From: Rubrobacter sp.
Lineage (GTDB): Bacteria > Actinomycetota > Rubrobacteria > Rubrobacterales > Rubrobacteraceae
Length of the DNA stretch: 64,000 bases
Direction: 5' to 3'
Assembly: GCA_013812245.1 (NCBI GenBank)
Contig: JACCTS010000081.1
Location: 30-64,029 of the forward strand
Shown: one piece after another, positions 9,576 to 18,790 of the stretch
Layout of the letters: every line of letters begins with the position of its first letter
Position numbering within the stretch: the stretch's first letter is position 1
Notes under the pieces: model-generated
Seen by the model: only the letters and a program-made list of their open reading frames with translations
Told to the model about the DNA's origin: nothing
Database searches by the model: none
Made by a program: the position numbers and the translations under genes

Positions 9576-9922
9576 CAGCTTCCCCGATATGTCGTGTACG
9601 ACCAGGGCGAGACCAGCAAAGGGACGTGGTAGTGGGCCTCCGCATCACAGACGCCGAAACGCACCGGAACCTCGTCGAGAAACGGCGGCGAGGCGTCCGC
9701 TCTGGTGAAATACGCGCCCACGTGGAAGACCATCTCATAGACGCCGCGAGCAAGTTCTTCGCCTTCAAGCAACGGCCCGTCCAGCCTGCCGCCACTGTTG
9801 GTGTGGACGGTTTTCAGGAGGCTACGTTTCCCGTCTTCGATCTTGAACAGTTCGATATCCATCCCGGCGGCGGGGCAGCCGCTGGCGGTGTCGAGGACGT
9901 GGGTGGTCAGGTGGCCGGGCAC
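9575..9922 (-). CDS. uraH: 5-hydroxyisourate hydrolase (transthyretin-like)
   Basis: 115 aa with LTTHVLDTASG at the N-terminus and the diagnostic C-terminal YTTYRGS. Confidence 0.9.
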   Translation of the reverse strand: MPGHLTTHVLDTASGCPAAGMDIELFKIEDGKRSLLKTVHTNSGGRLDGPLLEGEELARGVYEMVFHVGAYFTRADASPPFLDEVPVRFGVCDAEAHYHVPLLVSPWSYTTYRGS

Positions 9923-9925
9923 GGG

Positions 9926-11353
9926 TCAGGACGTTCGCTCGACGGTGCCTTCGATCAGGCCGTACGGCTCGTCCGTTGCCTGGAAGATCTCATTCTCGTT
10001 CTCCATCCCGAAGCGCGAGAGGTCGTAGAGCAGATAGTGCTTGTTCGGGAAGGAGAGGTGGATCTTCTCTATCTCCCCGAACTCCTCCAGTACCGCCCGG
10101 CCCATGCGGTAAAGCGTGTTCTGCACTGATGGGCTGTAGTGATCCGTGAAGGTCGAAAGCAACCGTTCTCGAACCCTGGCCCACAGACGGTCGTAGTCCG
10201 AATCCACCTGATCCCCGTACTCCCATCTCGCGGTGACGACGGTCGCCAGGATGCGATCGTCCGTATCTGGCAGCGTTGTGTACTCATCCCTGAAGAAATC
10301 CTGCCAGCCGGACTGTGTGGTCTTCATCACCGTCAGGTTCCCGAGCCCGGCCTCGACGCTCCGGTAGCCGTCCGCGCTCCCCGTCACCATCGCCAGCCGC
10401 TCGCCCGCCTCCCTTAGGAAGGAGTGATCGTGGGGCTTTCCATCCGCCTCGATGCGGCCCCACGGGAAAGCGATGATGTCCACGCGGGCGCGTTCCACGG
10501 TCGGCCCGGCCCGGAGAAAGTGATCCACAAGCACGAGCCCGAACTCCTCGATACTCGAAGCGAGGTGGTCCTTCGCCAGGGCGTAGACCGTGTTGCGCAT
10601 CGTGTCCGTCGCGAGGAGGCGGGTGTTGTCACCTTCGACGTACGACGCCCCGAAATCACCCTCCAGCGTGACGGCAACGTCGAGATCCATAACCTCGTGC
10701 CGCTCTGAGCCCCGGAACACCTTCACCAGCCTGACCCCGCACTTGCCGTAGTTGTGCTGGCCGAGCATAATCCCCGGATTCACGCCCCGTTCCCCGGAAG
10801 TATCCGGCACCCTTCTACCTCCCTCTTCGGTCTCCTCGACGAGATCCCTTAACCGCAGGTCGGCGACCCTGGAGATCTCGGCCAGCGCCGTCTCGAACTC
10901 TTCTTCATAAGAGTTTCCCAGCCGGTCTCCAGCGCTTCTCAGGATAGACGCCTTATCGTGATTCCGCACGCACACGATCATCGGAAAGCTGAACTTCTCC
11001 CGGTACGCCGCGTTCATCGCCGTGAAAGCCTCGTATTCCTCCGGTGAGAGCCGGTCCAATCCAGCCGAAGCCTGTTCGTCCACCGATTCAGCCGTCAACT
11101 CGCCCGCCACCACAGCCTTCCCCGCGAGATCGGGGTGTGCCCGGATCAGAGCCAACTGCTCCCCGCGCGAAGCCGTGTACATCGCCTCCCGGAAAGCCCG
11201 GCTCAGATCGTCGAAGCCCTCGAAAGGCCGTGCATTCCAGGCGCTCCGGACGAGATACGGCGAGCCTTCGAATACCGAACCGAACTTCTCCACGAACTCC
11301 TCTACTTCCAGGCGATTCGCTTCAGCGACGGTCATCTTCTTCGGCGGCGACAT
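9926..11353 (-). CDS. pucL: bifunctional OHCU decarboxylase / urate oxidase (PucL-like fusion)
   Basis: The N-terminal approx 170 aa are OHCU decarboxylase-like (IRAHPDLAGK). The C-terminal approx 300 aa are uricase-like (HNYGKCGVRLVKVFR..., two T-fold halves). Confidence 0.85.
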   Translation of the reverse strand: MSPPKKMTVAEANRLEVEEFVEKFGSVFEGSPYLVRSAWNARPFEGFDDLSRAFREAMYTASRGEQLALIRAHPDLAGKAVVAGELTAESVDEQASAGLDRLSPEEYEAFTAMNAAYREKFSFPMIVCVRNHDKASILRSAGDRLGNSYEEEFETALAEISRVADLRLRDLVEETEEGGRRVPDTSGERGVNPGIMLGQHNYGKCGVRLVKVFRGSERHEVMDLDVAVTLEGDFGASYVEGDNTRLLATDTMRNTVYALAKDHLASSIEEFGLVLVDHFLRAGPTVERARVDIIAFPWGRIEADGKPHDHSFLREAGERLAMVTGSADGYRSVEAGLGNLTVMKTTQSGWQDFFRDEYTTLPDTDDRILATVVTARWEYGDQVDSDYDRLWARVRERLLSTFTDHYSPSVQNTLYRMGRAVLEEFGEIEKIHLSFPNKHYLLYDLSRFGMENENEIFQATDEPYGLIEGTVERTS

Positions 11354-11638
11354 CTAGCCGTTGCCGAATCGTGGGGCGTCACCTTCGGCTTCGACCCGTA
11401 CTTCCACGGTACGCGCCCCGGCATCGAGGGCGGCCTCCACCGTCTTCGTCACTGTTTCGAGCACCTCCCGCCGTCCGCCCGCGAGCATGATGGATTCAGG
11501 CCCGGCTTCGCGCGCAAGACCAGACTCTCCCGCCGCACGCCTGGCGGCTTCGGACGGCTCTCGCGATGACTTATCAGCTTCGGGAGAAGGCGTAACCTTC
11601 AACTCGGCGCTCAGTTCGGCGCGTTCGTAGCCCGGCAC
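11354..11638 (-). CDS. hypothetical protein wedged between xdh and pucL
   Basis: 94 codons. The GTG start overlaps the xdh stop by 1 nt and its stop abuts the pucL start. The N-terminal half is low complexity and the C-terminal half (IMLAGGRREVLETVTKTVEAALDAGARTVEVRVE) looks structured. Confidence 0.35.
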   Translation of the reverse strand: MPGYERAELSAELKVTPSPEADKSSREPSEAARRAAGESGLAREAGPESIMLAGGRREVLETVTKTVEAALDAGARTVEVRVEAEGDAPRFGNG

Positions 11639-13935
11639 TATGGTTTCACTTCCAGGCCGACGATGTGTTCCGGGCGGACAGGGATGCGTGCCAGATCCCG
11701 GTCCGTAGCATCGCGAAGAGCGGCGACTATGGCGGGGGTGGAGGCGATGGTCGGAGGTTCGCCGACGCCCTTGAGGCCGTAGGGGGCTTCGGGGTCGGCG
11801 AGTTCCAGGATCTCTATTTTTACGGGCGGCATGTCGAGGATGGTCGGGATCAGGTAGTCCGTGAACGAGGCGTTCTGTATCCTGCCGTCGTCAATCTGGA
11901 TCTCCTCCATCAACGCGAGCCCGAGGCCCTGGGCTATGCCGCCCTCGATTTGCCCCTCCAACGCCAGTGGGTTGATGATCTTCCCCACGTCCTGCGCCGT
12001 CGCGACCTCTACCACCCGCGCCAGCCCAAGCTCCGTATCCACCTCGACCACGGCCCGGTGCGCCGCGAACGCGAACTGCAGGTGCGCGTCCCCCTGCCCG
12101 TTCTCGTCCAGCGGATGCGTCGCCCGGTGATGGAACTCGACCGTCTCCGAGATCTCTGCGTCCCCGAGAACCTCGGCCAGCGGCGCAACCACCAGCCCGT
12201 CCGATACGACGTTGCCATCTTCGATGGCAAGTCCGTCTGACTCCCCGAACTCCTCGCGCGCCAGATCGAAGACCCTCTCGCGCACCTTCTCGCACGCCTC
12301 TTTGACGGCAGCGCCGGTCACGTAGGTCTGGCGCGACGCGGAGGTGGAGCCGGCGGAGCCTATCCGCGTGTCGGCGGTTTCGACCACGACGTTCTCGACG
12401 CCGAGTTCGGTGCGCGCGATCTGGGCCTGCACCATCACCAGCCCCTGCCCCACCTCCGCCGCCGCCGTGAGTACCCTCGCCACTGGCTTACCATCCTCGA
12501 CTGAGAGGGAGACACGGGCCGTCGAGTAGTCGTCGAAGCCGGCCGAGAACCCGATGTTCTTGAAACCGACCGCATACCCGACGCCGCGCCTCACACCCTC
12601 GCCGTGGGTCGTGTTCGAGACGCCGCCTGGGAGCTCCCGCAGGTCGCGGCCCATCGACTCCCGCTCCTGCGGCAGCGGCATGGCTCTTACCCGCTCAAGG
12701 ATCTCACGCACCGGCGCCGGATACGGAACCTCCTGCCCGAACGGGAACTTCATCCCCGGCTCGATGGCGTTCTTCATGCGTATCTCGACCGAGTCCATGC
12801 CGAGCTTCTCTGCCAGTTTATCCATCTGGGCCTCATGGGCGAAGCAGACCTGCACGGCTCCGAAGCCGCGCATCGCGCCGCACGGCGGGTTGTTGGTGTA
12901 GAGCATGTGGCTCTCTATCTGCGCGTTCGGGACATCGTAAGGGCCGCACGCGAAGGTCGCCGCGTTCAGGCAGACGGCATTGGAACTGGAAGCGTACGCG
13001 CCGCCGTCGAAGAGGAGGTTCGCCCTGACGTAGACGAGCTGCCCGTCCCTCGTCGCGCCGTGTTCGTAGCGCATCTTTGCCGGGTGGCGGTGGACGTGGC
13101 CGTAGAAGGACTCCTCGCGGCCGTAGACCATCTTAACGGGACGACTCGTGTGCAGGGCGAGCATGCAGGCGTGAATCTGCATGGACAGGTCCTCGCGCCC
13201 CCCGAACGCCCCGCCCACCCCAGAGAGCGTGAGCCGAACCATCTCAGGCGGAAGTCCGAGGCTCTCTGCGACCTGATCCTGATCCACGTGCAGCCACTGC
13301 GTGGAGATGTACAGGTCAACGCCGCCCTCGCCGTGGGGGATCGCGAGTCCAGACTCCGGCCCCAGGAACGCCTGATCCTGCATCCCGACCTCGTACTCAC
13401 CCTCGACCACCACCTCGGCGGTTGCACCCGGGTCACCGTGCCCCACATCCACCCGCCGCAGGACGTTGCCGGAGAGGTGAAGCCTCGGAGCGTCTTCTGC
13501 CATCGCCGCTTCCGCGTCCGTCACGGGGTCGAGCACCTCGTAGTCCACCCTGATCTTCTCCAGGGCGCGGCGGGCTGTCTCGGGGTGATCCGCAGCCACG
13601 AGGGCCACGGCTTCGCCCTGATAGCGAACCTTCTCCCACGCGAGCACGGGCTGGTCCGGAATCTCCATCCCATAAACCTTGCGTCCTGGAACGTCCTCGT
13701 GCGTGAGAACGGCGAAGACGCCAGTCATCGTCCCGGTCTCCGAGGTGTCTATCGAGTGGATGCTGGCGTGGGGGTGCGGGCTACGGAGCGTCGCGCCCCA
13801 CAGCATGCCGTCCACGTGAAGGTCCGAGGAGTACTCGAACTCTCCCTTCACCTTCGGGACGCCATCTGGACGGCCGACGCTCTCTCCGATTCCATCCGGC
13901 GTCACGGCTCGTTCGCGGATGGGCGCTTGGGTCAC
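11638..13935 (-). CDS. xanthine dehydrogenase family, molybdopterin-binding large subunit
   Basis: Starts at a GTG (VTQAPIRERAV...) that overlaps the small-subunit stop as GTGA. Has a/b-hammerhead and MoCo-binding regions (GGAFGGRE, GAMRGFG). The 111 upstream codons of the track ORF were rejected. Confidence 0.85.
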   Translation of the reverse strand: MTQAPIRERAVTPDGIGESVGRPDGVPKVKGEFEYSSDLHVDGMLWGATLRSPHPHASIHSIDTSETGTMTGVFAVLTHEDVPGRKVYGMEIPDQPVLAWEKVRYQGEAVALVAADHPETARRALEKIRVDYEVLDPVTDAEAAMAEDAPRLHLSGNVLRRVDVGHGDPGATAEVVVEGEYEVGMQDQAFLGPESGLAIPHGEGGVDLYISTQWLHVDQDQVAESLGLPPEMVRLTLSGVGGAFGGREDLSMQIHACMLALHTSRPVKMVYGREESFYGHVHRHPAKMRYEHGATRDGQLVYVRANLLFDGGAYASSSNAVCLNAATFACGPYDVPNAQIESHMLYTNNPPCGAMRGFGAVQVCFAHEAQMDKLAEKLGMDSVEIRMKNAIEPGMKFPFGQEVPYPAPVREILERVRAMPLPQERESMGRDLRELPGGVSNTTHGEGVRRGVGYAVGFKNIGFSAGFDDYSTARVSLSVEDGKPVARVLTAAAEVGQGLVMVQAQIARTELGVENVVVETADTRIGSAGSTSASRQTYVTGAAVKEACEKVRERVFDLAREEFGESDGLAIEDGNVVSDGLVVAPLAEVLGDAEISETVEFHHRATHPLDENGQGDAHLQFAFAAHRAVVEVDTELGLARVVEVATAQDVGKIINPLALEGQIEGGIAQGLGLALMEEIQIDDGRIQNASFTDYLIPTILDMPPVKIEILELADPEAPYGLKGVGEPPTIASTPAIVAALRDATDRDLARIPVRPEHIVGLEVKP

Positions 13936-14396
13936 GTCCCCGTCCTCTCCGCCGCAGTTTGTACTGCGGCCAGGATCTTCTCGTACCCCGTGCAGCGGCA
14001 TAGGTTGCCCGCCAGCGCCTCCCGAACCTCGGCCTCCGTCGGCCCCGGGTTGCGCGCCAGGAGGTCGTGCGTCGCCATGATGAGCCCCGGCGTGCAGAAC
14101 CCGCACTGCACCGCCCCCGCCTCCAGGAAAGCCTCCTGCACCGGATGCATCCGTCCTTGCTCGGACAGTCCCTCGACGGTCACCACTTCCGAGCCCCCGG
14201 CCTGACCGGCGAGCACCAGACACGCGCAGACGAGCGTACCGCCCAGGTACACCGAACAGGACCCGCACTCCCCCTGCTCGCAGGCGTTCTTGGAGCCGAA
14301 CAGCCCCATCCGCTCGCGCAGCACGTACAGCAGGCTCTCTCCCTCCCAGATATCAGCCTCCCGCGGCTCGCCGTTGACCAACAGACGGAGCTTCAT
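13932..14396 (-). CDS. (2Fe-2S)-binding small subunit of xanthine dehydrogenase family enzyme
   Basis: Cys clusters CEQGECGSC...C and CGFCTPG...CRCTGY. Confidence 0.92.
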   Translation of the reverse strand: MKLRLLVNGEPREADIWEGESLLYVLRERMGLFGSKNACEQGECGSCSVYLGGTLVCACLVLAGQAGGSEVVTVEGLSEQGRMHPVQEAFLEAGAVQCGFCTPGLIMATHDLLARNPGPTEAEVREALAGNLCRCTGYEKILAAVQTAAERTGT

Positions 14397-15265
14397 CCGG
14401 CGTCCCTCCGATACTCGTCCCAGGCCCAGGTCAGGGTCCGCCGTGCCAGCACGCCGACCGCGTGCCGACGATAGGACGCGGTTCCGCGCACGTCGTCTAT
14501 CGGCTTCGCGGCCTCCGCCACCAGCGCACCGAAGCGCTCCAGCGCCGAGGCTGGTATCTCTGAGCGGGATTCCCAGAGGCCGTGCTCCTCGATGACGCCC
14601 TCGATGAAGCCTTCGGCCTCGTGCGGCCGGATTGGGGTGGGCCCCGCCGAGCCGATACAGGCGCCGACCGCGCGGCTCTCAGGATGCAGCGCGAGGCCCA
14701 AGGAACAGACCGCTATCACCATGGCGTTGCGGGGTCCGATCTTGGCGTACTGCTGCGGTCCTCTTGCCTCCGGAATCATGAATGCCGTAATGAGCTCGTC
14801 TGGCCTAAGAGCGTTCGTTCTCGGTCCGGTGATGAATTCCTCGACGGGAACCATGCGCACGCCCCGCACCGAGGCGACCTCGATCCCGGCGTCCGAGGCG
14901 TAGAGGGGCGGCAGGGCATCGCCGGCCGGGGAGGCGCTACCCAGGTTGCCGCCGATGGTGCCGCGGTTCCGGATCTGGGGCGACCCCACCGTCCGCGATG
15001 CCATAGCCAGTCCGGGGAGCAGTCCGCCAAGTTCCGTTATGGCCCGCGTGTACGTGACCCCCGCCCCAACGCGCAGCCGCCTGTCCTTCCGGCTCCACTC
15101 CCGGATCTCCGGCACGCGGGTGAGATCCAGGACGGCCCCGGGCCGCTCCCTGTCGAAGTTCAGGTCAACCATCACGTCGGTGCCCCCGAAGATAGGCACC
15201 GCCTCGGGATGGGCGGCTTTTGTCTCCAACACCTCCCGCAGATCGGCCGGCTGGAGGAACTCCAA
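14393..15265 (-). CDS. FAD-binding (CoxM/XdhB-like) subunit of xanthine dehydrogenase family enzyme
   Basis: PIFGGTDVMVDLN and RNRGTIGGNLGSASPAGD motifs. TTG start after GGAGGA. 4-nt overlap with the next gene. Confidence 0.85.
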   Translation of the reverse strand: MEFLQPADLREVLETKAAHPEAVPIFGGTDVMVDLNFDRERPGAVLDLTRVPEIREWSRKDRRLRVGAGVTYTRAITELGGLLPGLAMASRTVGSPQIRNRGTIGGNLGSASPAGDALPPLYASDAGIEVASVRGVRMVPVEEFITGPRTNALRPDELITAFMIPEARGPQQYAKIGPRNAMVIAVCSLGLALHPESRAVGACIGSAGPTPIRPHEAEGFIEGVIEEHGLWESRSEIPASALERFGALVAEAAKPIDDVRGTASYRRHAVGVLARRTLTWAWDEYRRDAG

Positions 15266-15508
15266 CCCTCAGTCCTCCAGGACCCGGGCCGTTGACGCGA
15301 GGTTCCTGGCCACCCCGTGCAGAGGTTTCCGGGCGAACCGCGCCCTTCCCTCACCGACTCCGATCCGACCCAGCATCCCGCCTCTCGTTGGCCCCTTTCC
15401 CGCGGAACCAAGTGTATCGGCGCCCGGCGACGCGAGTCAAGAGGCGGCCGGCCTCCCGACACACGGACACTCGTCCGAAAAGGCGCGATTCGCGGAGGCC
15501 GGTTGTTC

Positions 15509-15745
15509 CTAGGCCCGATCCCGCAGGTCGCCCGCTCCGGCCATGCTGGCGCAGTGGGCGCAGCAGAAGAAGCGGTCACCCGCCTGCACGCCGTGGCCGA
15601 TGACCCTGCAACTACAGTACTCGCAGACCGGAGCGAGGGCGTGGATGGCGCACTCGAAGCTGTCGAACGTGTGGGAATCGCCACCGGACATCGTCACCTG
15701 GAAAGCTTGATCGTACTCGTTACCGCAAGTTTCGCACTGGGCCAT
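15509..15745 (-). CDS. small cysteine-rich (probable metal-binding) protein
   Basis: MAQCETCGNEYDQAF...HTFDSFECAIHALAPVCEYCSCRVIGHGV...FCCAHCA is a conserved actinobacterial Cys-rich family. The start could also be the GTG at 15754. Confidence 0.7.
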   Translation of the reverse strand: MAQCETCGNEYDQAFQVTMSGGDSHTFDSFECAIHALAPVCEYCSCRVIGHGVQAGDRFFCCAHCASMAGAGDLRDRA

Positions 15746-15913
15746 CTCTACCACCTTACATCACTCGATATCACTCGGTTCTTGTCATCCTCGTTACCCA
15801 AGAGACGGAACCTACAAACGGTGGGAGTTTCCGCGACCGGCCCGCGAATTCCTCGTAGATTTGGGCTGTTCGGCTTGCTAGGATTGTTACCGTAAACCCT
15901 ATGGAGGGCGGAA

Positions 15914-17503
15914 GTGCAGGTTTCCAAGGCGGGCAAGATGCGTTTCCATCGCGATCCTCGCTTCGTTCCGGCAATAGCCCTGGTATTCTGGGCCATCGGA
16001 GCAGTCGTCTTCGCGCTCTTGCCGCCGGAATCTTCCGGGCGGAACCTCACGGCGGACTCTGTTCATCTGGCGTCTTCCGTCTTCTCGCTGGCCTCCGTGT
16101 GGTACGTCGTCTCGGGCGCCAGGGGCCGGGAGCGGCTCTTCTGGGGACTGCTCGGCGCGGGGCTATTCGCCGCGTTCCTGGCGGACATGAGCTGGAATAG
16201 TTTTCAGGGGGCTGATTTCGTGAACCAGGCTCTCTCCCTCGCGCACGTAGCCTATCTCGTATCGTACCTGCTGCTGGGCGGCGCGCTGCTGTGCCTGGTG
16301 GCCGCTACGACCCGCAGGATCACCACGGTAATCACCTTCGACGCGCTGGCCGTCATGCTCTCCGTCGGGGTGCTGGTCTGGTACTTCCTGATGGAGGGAG
16401 GACCGGGCTCGTGGGCGGTGCTGGCGACGTTCTCCTGGCCGCTGTTCGACGCGGCGCTCGTGTTCATGGGGCTCGTCGTGTTCTCGGCGGCCGGCAGATC
16501 CCCGTTCGTCGGGCTCCTGATCATGGGATTCCTCGCCTTCGCGGTGGCGGACACATGGTATCTGGGCGCCCGCTCCAGTGACCTGTACAGGGTAGTCGGG
16601 TGGCCGGATCTCTTCTGGTCACTGGGCCTCGTGTTGCTTGGCTCCGCAGCGCTGCGTTCGGACTCCGCCGATTTCACGGCCCAGGAGCGCATAGCCCCGT
16701 GGCGGGTGTTCGTCTTCTGGCTCGGCCCCCTCTCGCCGCCGCTCCAGCTCGGGCTGCTGTTTCTCTGGGGGGCGTTCCATCCTCCGTTGCCGGCCTACGT
16801 GCTCGCGGGCGGGGCGGCGCTCCTCGCATACCTGGCCCTGCGCGTCGCGCTCGTCTCCGCCGTCACCAGGCAGTTGAGCCGGGATGAGGAGGTGGCGGCC
16901 CGCCGGTTGGAGCAGAGCCGCGTCCTCTACGAACTGCACGACACGGTCAAGGGGAGAGTCCACGGCACCTCCCTGACGCTCAACGCCGCCCTGGAGGCCG
17001 AGAGACGCGGCGACCGGGACGCCGCCCGCGAGGGGTTCGGCCGGGCGATGGAAGCCTCACGGGAGACGGAGTTCCTCATCTCCAAGCCCTACGACGAGTT
17101 GCAGGCGATGGCGAACGAAAGCATCCCCCGTCCCGGCGACTTCCTGCGGCACCGGCTCAAGAAGTTCGAGGGGTATTTCGGCATACATACGCACGATGAT
17201 TTGCAGGCCCCGCTAGAGAGCCTGAGCCCGGCGGAGATCGCCGCCGTCATCCGGGTCGCCGTCGAGGCGTTCTGGAACGTCGCCAAGCACTCAGGGGCAC
17301 GCAACATGTACCTGGAGTCCCGGCGGGTCGGCCCGACCCTCATCGTCCGCATCCGGGACGACGGACGCGGCTTCGACGCCGAAGATCCGCCACCCGGCAT
17401 GGGCCTCGGCTACCTGCGCCAGCGCTCCGCAGAGGTCGGGGCAGAGCTAGACGTGATCTCAAGCCCCGGCCGCGGCGCGACCGTCCAGCTCAGGTTCGAG
17501 TAG
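15914..17503 (+). CDS. membrane sensor histidine kinase (HisKA_3 type), with no adjacent response regulator
   Basis: About 9 TM segments, H-box LYELHDTVKGRVHG, HATPase motifs NVAKHSGA, DDGRGF, GMGLGYL. GTG start after GGAGGG. Confidence 0.8.
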   Translation: MQVSKAGKMRFHRDPRFVPAIALVFWAIGAVVFALLPPESSGRNLTADSVHLASSVFSLASVWYVVSGARGRERLFWGLLGAGLFAAFLADMSWNSFQGADFVNQALSLAHVAYLVSYLLLGGALLCLVAATTRRITTVITFDALAVMLSVGVLVWYFLMEGGPGSWAVLATFSWPLFDAALVFMGLVVFSAAGRSPFVGLLIMGFLAFAVADTWYLGARSSDLYRVVGWPDLFWSLGLVLLGSAALRSDSADFTAQERIAPWRVFVFWLGPLSPPLQLGLLFLWGAFHPPLPAYVLAGGAALLAYLALRVALVSAVTRQLSRDEEVAARRLEQSRVLYELHDTVKGRVHGTSLTLNAALEAERRGDRDAAREGFGRAMEASRETEFLISKPYDELQAMANESIPRPGDFLRHRLKKFEGYFGIHTHDDLQAPLESLSPAEIAAVIRVAVEAFWNVAKHSGARNMYLESRRVGPTLIVRIRDDGRGFDAEDPPPGMGLGYLRQRSAEVGAELDVISSPGRGATVQLRFE

Positions 17504-17513
17504 GGCTGAGAGA

Positions 17514-17741
17514 CTATACCCAGGAGCCGGTCCCCATCGTGTCCTCCACGATCTCGCGCGCCTCGGGGAGGGCGACTCCTGGGACCAGGATGTCACGCGG
17601 CCCAGCCGCCAGGAAGTCCGGCACGTCGAAGCCCGCCGGACGGCGGATGAGCACGGGTATGTCCGCGCCCTTGAGCAGCCCCTCCATCATCAGGGCCATC
17701 GTCTCGTTGGGGGCGCTGCCGACCTTTACCCACTCGTCCAT
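17514..17741 (-). CDS. DUF2007-like small protein
   Basis: MDEWVKVGSAPNETMALMMEGLLKGADIPV resembles putative signal-transducing DUF2007 proteins. Confidence 0.5.
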   Translation of the reverse strand: MDEWVKVGSAPNETMALMMEGLLKGADIPVLIRRPAGFDVPDFLAAGPRDILVPGVALPEAREIVEDTMGTGSWV

Positions 17742-17845
17742 ATAGGTCCCAGTATAGCCCGGGTGCGGACCGCGCAACCTTCTCGGAGGAACCTCGTAAC
17801 CGTAGGCGCGACAGGTCTCGGGACGGCGACGAGAGGAGTGCGGGC

Positions 17846-18790
17846 ATGGCGGCCACCGTTTCGCGGGAGCCAGGGCGGGAAGAACGGAGACCTTCCCCGC
17901 TAGTGGAGACCCACGGCCTCACCAAACGCTACGGCTCGCGCATCACCGCCGTTCGGGAACTGGACCTCACCGTGAAGCGCGGCGAGGTATACGGCTTCCT
18001 CGGGCCCAACGGCGCCGGAAAGACCACCACCCTGAGAATGCTGCTCGGCCTCATACGGCCGACCTCCGGCGAGGCCAGGGTGCTCGGCGAGAAGCCAGGA
18101 TCGCCCGCGGGCCTCGAGAAAGTCGGGGCTCTGGTCGAGTCGCCGGCCTTCTATCCCTACCTCTCGGGCCGGGACAACCTGCGCGTCATGGCCCGCTACT
18201 CCGGCGCCCCCCGCTCCCGGATCGGGGAGGTTCTGGATCAGGTGGAGCTCTCGGGCCGGGCGAAGGACAAGTTCAAGAAGTATTCGCTCGGGATGAAGCA
18301 ACGCCTCGGGGTTGCCGCGGCGCTGCTCAAGGACCCGGAGCTTTTGATCCTGGACGAGCCGACCAACGGACTCGATCCGAAGGGCATGGCGGACATGCGG
18401 GGCCTCATCCGCAGGCTCGGGAGAGGAGACCGGACCGTCCTTCTCAGCAGCCACCTGCTCGGGGAAGTCGAGCAGATCTGCGACCGGATCGGGGTCATCA
18501 GCAAGGGCTCTCTGGTCGCCGAGGGCTCCATCGCCGAGCTGCGCGGCAGGCAAGGGCTCCTGGTCCGGGCCGAGCCGGTCGAGGAAGCGGCGCGAATAGC
18601 GGAGAGGCTCGCCGGTGTCGAGGAGGTCGCGGTGGCGGATGGTGCGCTCCGGCTCAGGACGAACCCGGACCGGGCGGCGGAGATCAACGCCAAGCTCGTC
18701 TCCGCGGGGCTCCGGGTGAGCGAGCTTCGTCCGGCGGGACAATCCCTCGAAGAGGCGTTCCTGGAGCTCACCGGAGGGGAGACGGTCTGA
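17846..18790 (+). CDS. ABC transporter ATP-binding protein
   Basis: Walker A GPNGAGKTT, signature YSLGMKQR, Walker B LLILDEPTNGLD. Confidence 0.92.
   Translation: MAATVSREPGREERRPSPLVETHGLTKRYGSRITAVRELDLTVKRGEVYGFLGPNGAGKTTTLRMLLGLIRPTSGEARVLGEKPGSPAGLEKVGALVESPAFYPYLSGRDNLRVMARYSGAPRSRIGEVLDQVELSGRAKDKFKKYSLGMKQRLGVAAALLKDPELLILDEPTNGLDPKGMADMRGLIRRLGRGDRTVLLSSHLLGEVEQICDRIGVISKGSLVAEGSIAELRGRQGLLVRAEPVEEAARIAERLAGVEEVAVADGALRLRTNPDRAAEINAKLVSAGLRVSELRPAGQSLEEAFLELTGGETV

Noticed and set aside
15266-15508. Possible purine or Moco riboswitch in the 243-nt leader of the xanthine dehydrogenase operon.
   Set aside because: I could not find the conserved purine-riboswitch loops or any motif I can name by eye. 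A covariance-model scan would be needed, so it is not reported as a feature.
15760-15779. Tandem 10-bp direct repeat ATCACTCGAT ATCACTCGGT upstream of the Cys-rich protein gene, as a possible operator.
   Set aside because: There are only two copies and no palindrome or known regulator site that I can name. It may simply overlap the promoter, so it is noted but not called.
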